DNA of 64,000 nucleotides from a bacterium (GTDB lineage: Bacteria > UBA8248 > JACPRG01 > G963555815). The notes under the pieces were generated by a model that saw only the letters and a list, made by a program, of their open reading frames with translations, had not been told where the DNA came from and did no database searches. Position numbers and translations under genes: made by a program. Each line of letters opens with the position of its first letter. Within the stretch, counting starts at the first letter, position 1. The stretch lies in contig CBDHDG010000006.1 in assembly GCA_965261595.1 (NCBI GenBank), positions 192,001 to 256,000 of the forward strand, written 5' to 3'. Of the stretch, positions 31,237 through 41,255 are shown piece by piece.

Positions 31237-32613
31237 CTAGAACTGGCGGACGAAACGCAGCTCGGCGCGGGTGCGCTTGTAGTCGTACAGCTGCGCGTTG
31301 GATTCGCGCGCCTCGTTCACCACCACGAGCTGCGGGCTGAACCCGAAGACCGTGAAAACGCGGTTAAAGACCGAGGCCTGCAGGATCCGGGTCCGGTCCT
31401 CGCGGGACGAGCCGTCCGTCGTGAACGGGAACCACCCGCCTTCGTATTGCGTCCAGCGCATCTCGCCGCTGCCGCCCACCGTGAAGCCGAGCGGCAGGGC
31501 GATGGAGGCGCCGAGCCGCGCCCACCCGGACTTGTTGCGCCAGGGCTGCGACTCCGGGCGTTCGCGCCCGTAGCCCACCGTGGCGTGGGTCCGGATTGTG
31601 GACGTGGCCAGCCAGGCGCCGCTCAGCGAGAGGGCCAGGACCGGCCCGTCCAGGTGCTTTCTTTTCCGGTACGCGCGCTCGTGCCAGGAAGCCCGCCCCC
31701 AGGCCGTCAGTTTTCGGGTGAAACGGTGATTGATCTCGAAGCGGGCGCCGAGCGCACTGTCGTTGTGTGCGACTACACTGTCCTGGATCTCGCCGCCGGT
31801 CCAGCGCCGACGGGCGCTACCGAGCAGGCTGAGCTCCGTGTTCGCCGCCGCCCTCCAGCGCGGCCCGGCGTGCAGCGAGACGAACATCTGATCGAATTCG
31901 TTGCCCTCGTATTCCCGGCGGGAGGCGTCCGCGCCCAGGCGCAGCCTCAGGCGCTTGCCCAGTGGATGCTGGTATTCGCCGCCGCCCCACAGGATGAGCC
32001 CCACCCCCGAGCTTTCTCCCTGGAACGCGTTGCGGCGGAACGGCAGGTCGTGGATGTAGATGATCTCCGAGTTCGAGACCGCGCTGATGTTGGTGTCCGG
32101 CGCGATCGAGAAGCCGAAATAGGTGCGCCAGCGCCGGCGCGCCCGCATCGCCGTCAGAAAGCGCCGGACATTCTTGGCCACCAGGGGCGGCGGCTTCCCC
32201 GCCAGCACGCGCTCGAAATGCTCCCGGGACAGGGCGTCCTCGCGTTTGAAGAAGAACGCCCGGGCCAGCTCCAGGCGCACGCGCACCAGGCCGGGACGGT
32301 TGATCAGGATGGCGCGCAGGGCCGCGATCGCCTCGTCCAGCAGGGCGGTCTTTTCTTTCTCCTTGCTTGCCGGAAGACGCCTCGCCGCCTCGATGGACGA
32401 GAGGCCGATGAGGAACAGAACGCCCGTCCTGTCCCGATGGCCCTTGGCCAGCGGGCGCAGGATGCGCAGGGCCTCGATATGGCGGCCCTGTTTCAGCAGG
32501 GCCCGCGCGTTTTCTACCCGGGGGTCTTTGGAAAGATGAGAACGGGCCTGGGCGTCCGGGGCCGGGACGTGGAAGAGGAGGATGAGGACGAAGGCGAGGA
32601 TCGGTTTTCTCAT
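31237..32613 (-). CDS. Surface lipoprotein assembly modulator (Slam/DUF560, type XI secretion) outer-membrane protein
   Basis: Signal peptide, TPR region (RVRLELARAFF), DTNI barrel entry motif, beta-barrel ending RFVRQF. Confidence 0.8.
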   Translation of the reverse strand: MRKPILAFVLILLFHVPAPDAQARSHLSKDPRVENARALLKQGRHIEALRILRPLAKGHRDRTGVLFLIGLSSIEAARRLPASKEKEKTALLDEAIAALRAILINRPGLVRVRLELARAFFFKREDALSREHFERVLAGKPPPLVAKNVRRFLTAMRARRRWRTYFGFSIAPDTNISAVSNSEIIYIHDLPFRRNAFQGESSGVGLILWGGGEYQHPLGKRLRLRLGADASRREYEGNEFDQMFVSLHAGPRWRAAANTELSLLGSARRRWTGGEIQDSVVAHNDSALGARFEINHRFTRKLTAWGRASWHERAYRKRKHLDGPVLALSLSGAWLATSTIRTHATVGYGRERPESQPWRNKSGWARLGASIALPLGFTVGGSGEMRWTQYEGGWFPFTTDGSSREDRTRILQASVFNRVFTVFGFSPQLVVVNEARESNAQLYDYKRTRAELRFVRQF

Positions 32614-32936
32614 GGATGATGTTTTCTCATGGATGATGGACGCAAGAAAGGAGGGCGACCGCTCGGGTCCGCCCCGTGTGCGCGATGAGCTCCTTCAGAG
32701 CCGTCATCGACTCGGCGTGGCCGACGCTCTGAATCTTCCCCATCTTTTCAGAAACCGGGCATGATTTCAAGTCCGTTCAAATCCCTGGTTACGGCCCGTT
32801 AACCCCCGATTTACGACCCTTTTTCCATGACGGCGATGATATGCCCGACGCGCGCCGTCGCGGAGGATGGCGAATTCCCGATCCCCTGGTTCCCGCCCGC
32901 CCCGCCTGGCGTGCAGCCGTTGCCGGTCGGTGCACA

Positions 32937-33064
32937 CGCCCGTCATTCCCACGGAGGCAACCGGAGCCTGTCACCCCGGTAGGCTTCAGGCAGGAATCCT
33001 TTGAATCCTTCAATCGGGAGGCGGGCGGTCACTTCTCTGGATTCCCGCGTGCGCGGGAATGAAC
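32937..33064. repeat. Second dRS3-like repeat cluster
   Basis: 32-bp direct repeat of 30943-30974 plus TGGATTCCCGCGTGCGCGGGAATG. Confidence 0.7.
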
Positions 33065-33212
33065 GGACATGCGCCCTCGAATGCTTCAGGGAGTGGCAGG
33101 GGTGAGCTGACAGGTCCTTCCTCGATCCGTATACGAAAAGAGAGGGCGGCCAAGCGGCCGCCCTCCTCGTCATGCCGTTCTGGAACGATGCTGCTTTCGC
33201 TTCTGACTTCTG

Positions 33213-34990
33213 TTACTTCTTCCTTGCGCCGAACCCGCCGGCCACGGTGCCGTTGCTGAAGTTGGCGTCGAACTCGCCGACCACGGCGCCCGGCGCCACA
33301 TTGCCAGGACAGGATCTTCGGTATTGCTAGGATCTTCGGTATTGCTAGTGAGTCCATTAGGCGGCGTTAGGCCGTGGAAGGTTCCGCTGAACTTCCCTGG
33401 AACTCCGCCGCCACTGGCCGTCCCGGAGATTGTGGAGATTTTATTGCTATTTTCGTCGGTTTTTTGGACGTGGTCGCCTATCAGATTCACCGCCCACGCG
33501 TTCTCCTCGTCGCCGGACAGTTCGAAATTCGTAATGCTTCCGGTGACGGTGTTTCTCTTGCTCTCAGCAACGTGCGTCCCGCCGAAGTACACCATCAGGC
33601 TGACGTCCGCCGAGAAGTGGCCGGAGGTGGCGCTTTCGGGTGTTGACCCGCCGGAGGGGTTGACCTCATGCACATATACGCCCGCGGCGCCACCTTTGTA
33701 GGTCGCGCTGCCCACGACGCTGTCAACATCGTTGCTCTCAGACATCGACGAACCCGCGAAGGTCTCGACCTCGTTGTACGTGGTCGCGCCGTCCTTTGTC
33801 GTCTTCTGCAGCCAGAAGCCGTAGTGCAGGTAGTCATCGTCGGTTACGTCGACCATTGCGTCTTTATCGGGAGTGAAAAACCAACCCTCCGAAGCATCGG
33901 TGACCATACCTTTCGCATTGAGCGTGATCATGCATTCGGAATCGCCGGTGCACTTGAGCATGCCCGACCCGCCGTCGAAGGGGGCGGCGGTTTCAAAAGC
34001 TTCTGCGAAAGTGAGTACAGCCTTCTCTCCGCCGCCGATAGTCTTTCCGCTGCCGATAAATGCAGACGACATCAACATCCCGGCATTGCCATCATCCATG
34101 CCATCTATGCCAACGATCATGAGATCACCGTCGATGAGCTCACGCTCATACTCACGCGAGAACGGCGTGGGCGTGGGCGCGTCGATGTCGGTGCGGACGA
34201 TCACGACTTCCTCGACTCCCTTGCCGTTGTCGCGCTTGTGCATGCTGCCACCGAAGCCGTTCGAGTCAGGCAGACCCGCCATTTGATCCTCGAATTTCGG
34301 ATCGTCGTCCTTCTCCATCGCGGTGTCCTTGATCGTGACCGACTGGGCGCCGTCCTTGTGCGCGATGGTGAGCGAATAGGAGAGCGGACTGTCAGGATCT
34401 ACTACCAGGCTGAGGGCCCTACTGCCGCCGAGACCAGCGTCGTTCACCCCTGTATCCTCTTTGGCCTCGTCACCGATGGCTTCCTCTTTTGTCAGCGCTG
34501 CTGCCGTGTCCGCCATTTTTTTCGCTTCTGCTGCCGCCGCCTCGTCCATCACCGTTTGCGCCGCTGCCGACGCGGTCATGGCCGCCGTATATGCCGCATG
34601 CGCTTTCCCTTGTTCGGCCTCCGCCAGATCCGCCACTGCTTCGGCCGTGCCCAGGTTGTCCGTCCCGTCGGCTATGGTTTTCGCTGCTGCTGCAGCGCCC
34701 GCCGCCGCATTCGCCTTGTCAATCTCGGCTTGCGTTGCGTCGTCGATGGGGTCCAGCATCCCGGCCATATCCGCCGCCACCATAGTCGCCGTAGCCGCCG
34801 TGGCTGCTCTTCCCTGCGCGTCCGCTACTTTGTCCGCGTCCGTTGGTTCCGGCGTCGTCATACCACCACCGTTCATGTCGGCCGTGCTTGTGCTGCTGCC
34901 GCCGCCGCAACCCGCCACGGTAACCGCGAACAGGAGCGCCAGCGCAACCACGTGAAATCTGCTGATTAATTGCTTCAAACAGAACAACAT
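33213..34990 (-). CDS. Surface lipoprotein with a TbpB-like C-terminal barrel (Slam substrate); frameshift near 33310
   Basis: Lipobox VAGC-GGG, Ala-rich helical stalk, DYLHYGFWL, ATYKGGAAGVY; the likely true C-terminus VVGEFDANFSNGTVAGGFGARKK lies in a shifted frame. Confidence 0.75.
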
Positions 34991-34993
34991 AGA

Positions 34994-36661
34994 CCCGCAT
35001 TTCCCATATGGATCATAAGTTTTGTCGGACCGAATGCCGTTTTCTCGTGTAAGATCAAGGTGTTGGCCTCTCCCTGCCATCATCTTGCGAGGGGACCCAA
35101 TGGGTGAAGCGAAGAAGGGGGCTTTGAAGATCCGTTTTGACCGTCGGCTGAGGCTTGAGTTTCACGGAACCAGAATCACTTCGGATGCGGGATTGCTGGC
35201 CTGCCGGGAGCTGGATGATGCGCTGGGTTTGACGGTGAGAGCGCCAGTGCAATTGCAAGAGATCCGTCATGGCCGGAACATCCAGCATGAGTTGGCGCCG
35301 CTATTGCGCCAGTCGGTCTATAGCCGCTTGGCAGGGTATGAAGACACCAACGATGCCGAGCGGTTGGCCCAGGACCCCGCGATGCAAGCCGTGGTCGGCC
35401 GCCGAGCGCTTGAGAAGCAGGCGGCGGGCGCCAACACCCTGAGCCGGTTCGAGACCGAGGTTCTCACCAGGGAGGAGAATCTCAAGGGGCCGGAGCGAGC
35501 TGAACCGGGAGTGGGTGGACCGGGCCATGGCACACTCACCCCATCAGCGAATCATCCTGGACATGGACAGCTCGGAAAGCCCCGTCCATGGGGAGCAGGA
35601 AGGTACGGCCTACAACGGCCACTTTCGTTGCACCTGTTATCACCCTCTTTTTTGCTTTAACCAGTTCGGGGACTGCGAAGGGGCGATGTTGCGCCCCGGC
35701 AACGTGCACAGCGCCGATGGCTGGCGCGAGTTGCTTTCGCCCATCGCGGCCCGGTATGAGCGGGCGGGTGTTCGCCGTTACTTCCGAGCCGATGCCGCCT
35801 TTGCGCGCCCGGAGGTTTATGAGTGCCTGGAAGCGCACAGCTTCCATTACGCCATCCGCCTTCCCGCCAACGACGTGGTGCAGCGAGAGATCGACTTCCT
35901 CCTCACCCGCCCGGTCGGTCGCCCGCCCAAGAGACCCATCATCTTCTATTACGACTTCCGGTATCAGGCTGGAAGCTGGGACCGTTCCCGGCGGGTCGTG
36001 GCGAAGGTGGAATGGCACTCAGGCGAACTCTTCCCTCGCGTCGGATTCATTGTCACGAACCTGACGGCTCGACCCGAGGGGGTCGTGCACTTCTACAACC
36101 AGCGAGGCACAGCCGAGCAATGGATCAAGGAAGGCAAGTACGCCCTGAACTGGACACGCCTTTCCTGTCACCGGTTCGTGTGCAACCAGGTGCGGCTCCT
36201 TCTCTTCGTCCTGGCGTACAACCTGGGCAATTTCCTGCGCAGGCTAGCCTTGCCCAGGGGGCTCAAGCACTGGTCGCTGCGAAGCCTCCAGGTCAAGCTC
36301 ATCAAAATGGGCGGGAGGATTGTGCGGCACGCCCGGCAGATCATCTTTCAATTGGCCGAAGTAGCGGTATCCAGGGAAGAGTTCGCCATCATCCTGGACC
36401 GAATCAACCGATTACGGCCGGTGCCGGTCTAACCTTGTGCAGAGGGTTCCCGGCAGCATGAGGTGATTGGTTAACGGGTTGAACCGCGAATAAAGGGGAC
36501 CGAAGGGCGAGGGTCCGCCTTTTGGGGCAGTCGATGGCCGTCAGCACCTTGTTGCGGAGGGTTGGAAGGCTCTTGACAGACCCATCGGAAGGGGGTCAAC
36601 TGGTTTTCATCGGGAAAGGGGACCGGAAACCACCCAAGCAAGTTGATATGGGAAATTCCGG
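34994..36661 (+). mobile_element. IS1380-family element, second isoform (transposase 35100-36432, frameshift near 35490)
   Basis: [26 protein letters not shown]; IRs CCCGCATTTCCCATATG / CCGGAATTTCCCATATC. Confidence 0.9.
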
Positions 36662-36792
36662 TTTGATCACATAATGTTAGCATTATGCGCATTCTGACTC
36701 TACCAGGGCCCAAAGGGGAATTGCGTCTCCAACGGTCGGGGAAGGCCGCTCACTCTCGCTCTCGAGGGGGACGGAAAAGGGAGGATGTCACA

Positions 36793-37776
36793 ATGTACCG
36801 AAAGATCATGACCGTTTTGCTGGCTTTAGGTTTTCTGGGGTTAACCGGCTTTGCCGGGACGGGCGCCCTTGCCGCGGAGAGGACTTTTCTCAAGATCGGC
36901 GCCTCCAGTCTGGGCGGTTCGTGGTTCCCCACCATGGCCATCACCGCCAGCGTCATCAACGCCAAGATCCCCGGCGTGATCTCCACCGTGACGACGGGGG
37001 GAGCCATCACCAACGTCCGCAACATCCAGAGCGGTAAAATCCAGATGGGGTTCACCTACACGGGTGTTTCGGGCGAGGCCTGGAATGGAAAGGGCGTTTT
37101 CAAGAAGCCCAACCGGAATTTCCGGGCCATCGGAATCTATATGGATTCCGTTTTTTCGATCACCGTGCCCGCCAAGAGCTCCATTAAGACCTTCTACGAC
37201 ATCAAGGGGAAGCGGACCTCCGCGGGAAAGAAGGGCTGGGGCTCTACACAGGCCTATGCGCGGATGCTTGCGGCCCACGGGCTCAGCTTCGAGATGATCC
37301 GCAAGTCCGGCGGAAAGGTCCACCACGTGGGCTGGAGCGATGCCGTTCTCCTCATGAAGGACCGGCAGGTGGACGTGATCCAGTTGGCCCAGTCGATCCC
37401 CAACCCCCTCATCATGCAGCTTGAGGCCTCCTTCCCGGTCCGGGTTCTGGGCATGAAGAAGGCTGTTGCCGATAAGCTCGTGAGCAACTTCCCGGGCTAT
37501 GTCGCCGTCAAGATCCCGAAGGGGATGTACAAGGGGCAGATCGAAGACGCCTGGACCATCTCCGACAACAACATGCTTGTCGCGAGTAGCAAGCTGCCGG
37601 ACGACCTGGTCTACAAGATCACCAAGGCCATCTACGAGACCCCCAAGCCCTTCCAGAAGCTCGCCTGGTTGAGAAAGATGAGCTGGAAGACCGCCACAAG
37701 CGGCGTCCCCATCCCCTTCCACCGCGGCGCTGCCCGTTATTACAAGGAAAAGGGGATCACCGTTCGGTCCGAATAG
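36793..37776 (+). CDS. TAXI-family TRAP transporter solute-binding protein
   Basis: Signal peptide, GASSLGGSWF, TTGGAITN, IPFHRGAARYYKEKG. Confidence 0.9.
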   Translation: MYRKIMTVLLALGFLGLTGFAGTGALAAERTFLKIGASSLGGSWFPTMAITASVINAKIPGVISTVTTGGAITNVRNIQSGKIQMGFTYTGVSGEAWNGKGVFKKPNRNFRAIGIYMDSVFSITVPAKSSIKTFYDIKGKRTSAGKKGWGSTQAYARMLAAHGLSFEMIRKSGGKVHHVGWSDAVLLMKDRQVDVIQLAQSIPNPLIMQLEASFPVRVLGMKKAVADKLVSNFPGYVAVKIPKGMYKGQIEDAWTISDNNMLVASSKLPDDLVYKITKAIYETPKPFQKLAWLRKMSWKTATSGVPIPFHRGAARYYKEKGITVRSE

Positions 37777-37878
37777 GGCAAGACACCCGGACCTGGATTC
37801 CGAGGAGCCGGGGGGAGGGAATCCCCCCGGCGCTCGCGAAACGGAAACGGAGAGCCGCTTTTCCTCGGGAGGTGGATC

Positions 37879-39786
37879 TTGGCGGACAAGGCGTCGAAAC
37901 CTCTGGGGAAGGCGGGTGCGTCCTGGTGGAACCGAACGGCCACGGTGGTGGCTGTCGTCTTCATGGTTTTTCACCTCTACACGGCGTACTTCGGCGTGTT
38001 CGAGTCCTATTTTCAGCGTTCCCTGGACGTTTCGTTCATCCTGCTGCTGGTCTTTTTGACTCAACCCCTCAGCAAAAGAGCCCCGGACAACCGCTTGTTC
38101 CTGGGGGTGGACCTCCTCTGCCTGGCTCTGGTCGTCGTCATCGGGTATTACAGCGCTGCGAACAGCGACGACATCCTGATCCGGGCGGGCGCGGCGACGA
38201 ATTTGGACCTGTGGCTGGGTGGGGCGGTCTTGGTTTTGGTGCTGGAGGCCACGCGCAGGGCCGTGGGATGGGCCATGGTGATCCTCACCCTGTTCTTCTT
38301 CTTGTACTCCATGTTCGGCCGGTACTTTCCCACGGCCATCGCCCACGGCGGCTACTCGGTGGAGGAGATCATCACGCTGAATTTCATGGCGACGGACGGC
38401 CTGTACGGTCTCATCCTCGGTGTGTTCTCGACCTTCATCATCATCTTCGTCATCTTCTCCTCTTTCCTCCAAGAGACGGGTGCGGTCAACTTCTTCATCA
38501 ACCTGTCCAACGCGATTGCGGGACACTTCTCGGGCGGCCCCGCCAAGGTGGCGGTGGTGTCGAGCGGCTTCATCGGCTCCCTTTCGGGAAGCTCCGCGGC
38601 CAACGTGGTCACGACCGGCTCGTTCACCATCCCGATGATGAAGCGGATGGGGTACCGCGGGGAGATGGCCGGGGGCGTTGAGGCCGCGGCCTCGACCGGG
38701 GGGCAAATCATGCCGCCCATCATGGGAGCGTCCGCCTTCGTCATCGCGGCCATTTTGGGTGTGCCGTACCTGGAGGTGATGAAGGCCGCCATCATTCCGG
38801 CGCTCCTGTACTTCCTCTCGGTGGGGATGGTGGTCCACTTCCTCTGCCTGCGCCTGGGCCTCAAGGGACTTCCGAAATCCGAATTGCCCCGGGTTGGTGC
38901 GGTATTGAAGGAGGGCTGGTTTCTCTTTCTCCCGGTCGCCGCGATCGTGTTTTTCCTGGTCCGGGGATACACCGCGCTCATGGCGGGGTTCTGGGCGATC
39001 CTCGTCGTCCTGGTGGTGACGGTCTTTCGCCGGGAGAGCCGGATCACGCCGAGGAAATTCCTCCACGCCCTGGATCGCGCGGGCCGCGGGGTCGTCTCCG
39101 TCGGCGTTACGGGGGCTGCCGCGGGAATCCTCGTCTCGTTCATCGTGATCTCCGGCCTGGGCCTTCGGCTCAACGACCTCATTCAGCTCCTTTCCGGCGG
39201 GAACCTCCTGGCGGCGCTGTTCTTCACGATGATCGCCTCCCTGATCCTCGGGATGGGGATGCCCACCGTGGGGGCTTACATCATCGTCGCCACCCTGGGC
39301 GCGCCGGCCCTTGAGGAAATGGGCGTCAGTCCGATGGCCACGCACATGTTCGTCTTCTTCTTCGCGATTGTCTGCAACGTGACGCCGCCGGTGGCCCTGG
39401 CCGCCTACGCCGCGGCCCCCATCGCCGGGAGCGATCCCTGGAAGACGGGCTGGTTGGCCTTCCGATATTCGCTCGCCGGTTTTCTCATACCCTACTTTTT
39501 CGTGTACAACAATTCCCTGCTTCTGGCGGGGAGCGCCGGCGGAATTTTCTGGTCCGTCCTGACGGCCGTGCTGGGGGTTGTCTGTCTCGCCGCGTTCACG
39601 GCCGGCTTCTATGTCCGCCCGGCGACACTTGTGCAGCGGGGGCTTCTGCTCCTGGGGGCCCTGGCGCTTCTCAACGGCTCCCTCTGGACGGATGGGGTGG
39701 GCATCCTCATCCTCGTCGGGCTCTATTTGTGGCAGCGGGTCTCATCTCCCGCAGAGCTCGTCGGCGCCGTCGAGGGAGAAGGTTGA
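37879..39786 (+). CDS. TRAP transporter fused 4TM/12TM permease
   Basis: GGPAKVAV, SGSSAANV, EAAASTGGQIMPPIMG, LGMGMPT and VTPPVA motifs. Confidence 0.93.
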   Translation: MADKASKPLGKAGASWWNRTATVVAVVFMVFHLYTAYFGVFESYFQRSLDVSFILLLVFLTQPLSKRAPDNRLFLGVDLLCLALVVVIGYYSAANSDDILIRAGAATNLDLWLGGAVLVLVLEATRRAVGWAMVILTLFFFLYSMFGRYFPTAIAHGGYSVEEIITLNFMATDGLYGLILGVFSTFIIIFVIFSSFLQETGAVNFFINLSNAIAGHFSGGPAKVAVVSSGFIGSLSGSSAANVVTTGSFTIPMMKRMGYRGEMAGGVEAAASTGGQIMPPIMGASAFVIAAILGVPYLEVMKAAIIPALLYFLSVGMVVHFLCLRLGLKGLPKSELPRVGAVLKEGWFLFLPVAAIVFFLVRGYTALMAGFWAILVVLVVTVFRRESRITPRKFLHALDRAGRGVVSVGVTGAAAGILVSFIVISGLGLRLNDLIQLLSGGNLLAALFFTMIASLILGMGMPTVGAYIIVATLGAPALEEMGVSPMATHMFVFFFAIVCNVTPPVALAAYAAAPIAGSDPWKTGWLAFRYSLAGFLIPYFFVYNNSLLLAGSAGGIFWSVLTAVLGVVCLAAFTAGFYVRPATLVQRGLLLLGALALLNGSLWTDGVGILILVGLYLWQRVSSPAELVGAVEGEG

Positions 39787-39822
39787 CGGGGGATGTCGGT
39801 GACAAACCTTGACAGGACAACC

Positions 39823-39959
39823 GTGGACGTGATCCCGGCGGATTGGCGAATGTGGTCATGAACGGCCTGAATATGCTGAAAAGAATCCGGACGGACGAGA
39901 CCCTCAAAGACATTCCGGTCATTATGCTGACGGCGTTGCAGAGCAGGGAGAAGTCATGA
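39823..39959 (+). pseudogene. CheY-like receiver domain fragment
   Basis: VDVIPADWRM...MNGLNMLKRIRTDETLKDIPVIMLTA across a frameshift. Confidence 0.6.
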
Positions 39960-40041
39960 ACGCATTTCTCTCCGGTATGTTGGGGGGAAGTGACGCTTAA
40001 CCCATCCAACACCTTGAAGATCCCAGAGAAGGAGAGAAGCC

Positions 40042-40809
40042 ATGAGAGGCTGGACCGACGATTGGAAGGCGACCATCGGCTGGGTGACGCCGGGCACCGT
40101 GGACAAAACCTATCAGGATTTCTTCCGGATGGTCCCCGCGGACATCAACCTGATCATCTACACCACATCGTGGGCGCTGAAGATGCTCCACCCCGGACAG
40201 TTCGACGTGGAAGACTTCAAGGGGCAGCGGGACAGCGTGATCGCGGATGTCCTCCAGCTCCAGCGATACCAGTCGCCCGATTTCTTCGCCGTCACGGGCG
40301 ACCTGATCCAGGCGGCGATGGGTCCCCGCTGGACAAAGGAGCTGGAAAGGTCGATCGAAGAGGCCACCGGAAAATCCGCAACGACCGCCATGACGGCCGT
40401 GACAGAGACCCTCGAGGACATGGGGGTCAAGAAGGTCGCAGTGGGGACCCCTCACCGGGACGACCAGAACGAGCATATTCGGGGCTACCTGGAGGCGGCG
40501 GGCCTGGAGGTCACAGCCATCTCCGGGTACCACACCAACAGCCACGGGGAAATCCACGCCCTCCGGGAGGACACCCCCTACGAGAAGGGAAAAGAGGTCT
40601 TCCTGGCGGCGCCCGGCGCGGAGGCCATCTACCTTTCCTGCCCCCTCTGGCACGGGGCCTCGGACACGATCGAAAAGCTGGAGGCGGAATTAGCCGTCCC
40701 CGTCCTCACGCAGTTCAACCCCATCCTCTACAAGGCGCTGAACGCCCTGGGTCGCAGCGGGCCGGTCGAGGGCTTCGGAAGGCTGCTGGGGGGCGGGAAA
40801 GCCCAATAA
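40042..40809 (+). CDS. Asp/Glu racemase superfamily protein (maleate isomerase / arylmalonate decarboxylase-like)
   Basis: IGWVTP, KKVAVGTPH, EAIYLSCP, LEAELAVPVLT. Confidence 0.75.
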   Translation: MRGWTDDWKATIGWVTPGTVDKTYQDFFRMVPADINLIIYTTSWALKMLHPGQFDVEDFKGQRDSVIADVLQLQRYQSPDFFAVTGDLIQAAMGPRWTKELERSIEEATGKSATTAMTAVTETLEDMGVKKVAVGTPHRDDQNEHIRGYLEAAGLEVTAISGYHTNSHGEIHALREDTPYEKGKEVFLAAPGAEAIYLSCPLWHGASDTIEKLEAELAVPVLTQFNPILYKALNALGRSGPVEGFGRLLGGGKAQ

Positions 40810-41255
40810 GTGGCCGCTCTCGGGAACGGGTGGACCCGCTATTGGACATCGACCCCCCGCCACCCCTTGCGTCCTTTGGTTGGTGAGAAATCCGGGTATA
40901 ATGGATCAAGCGTCTCTTCCGGACCACAAGGCGGCTCCCGTCTTTGGAGGGGTCTCCCACCCCACTGAGGCGACGGCGGGGAGAATCCGTCGGCGGCGCG
41001 GAAGAGAAAGGAGCCAACATACCCGGTCCCGGAATCCGACGGGCCGGACGGATCAGCAAGGAGACCAAACATGGGTGAATTTGCCAAAGTCGCCAAGGTC
41101 GGTGATCTCTCGGAGGACTCATGTAAGCTTGTGGAAGCGGGGGGCAAGCGCATTGCCCTGATCCGCACGGAAAAAGGCTACTGCGCCATCGACGATTCGT
41201 GTACGCATAAGGGAGGACCGCTGTCTGAAGGCGAGGTGGAAGGAAACGAAGTGAC

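Noticed and set aside
36841..39345. Long antisense or alternative-frame ORFs (also 5328-6866, 14433-15806, 31129-32619, 50127-51821, 61133-62614)
   Set aside because: They overlap well-supported genes on the other strand and have no recognisable motifs
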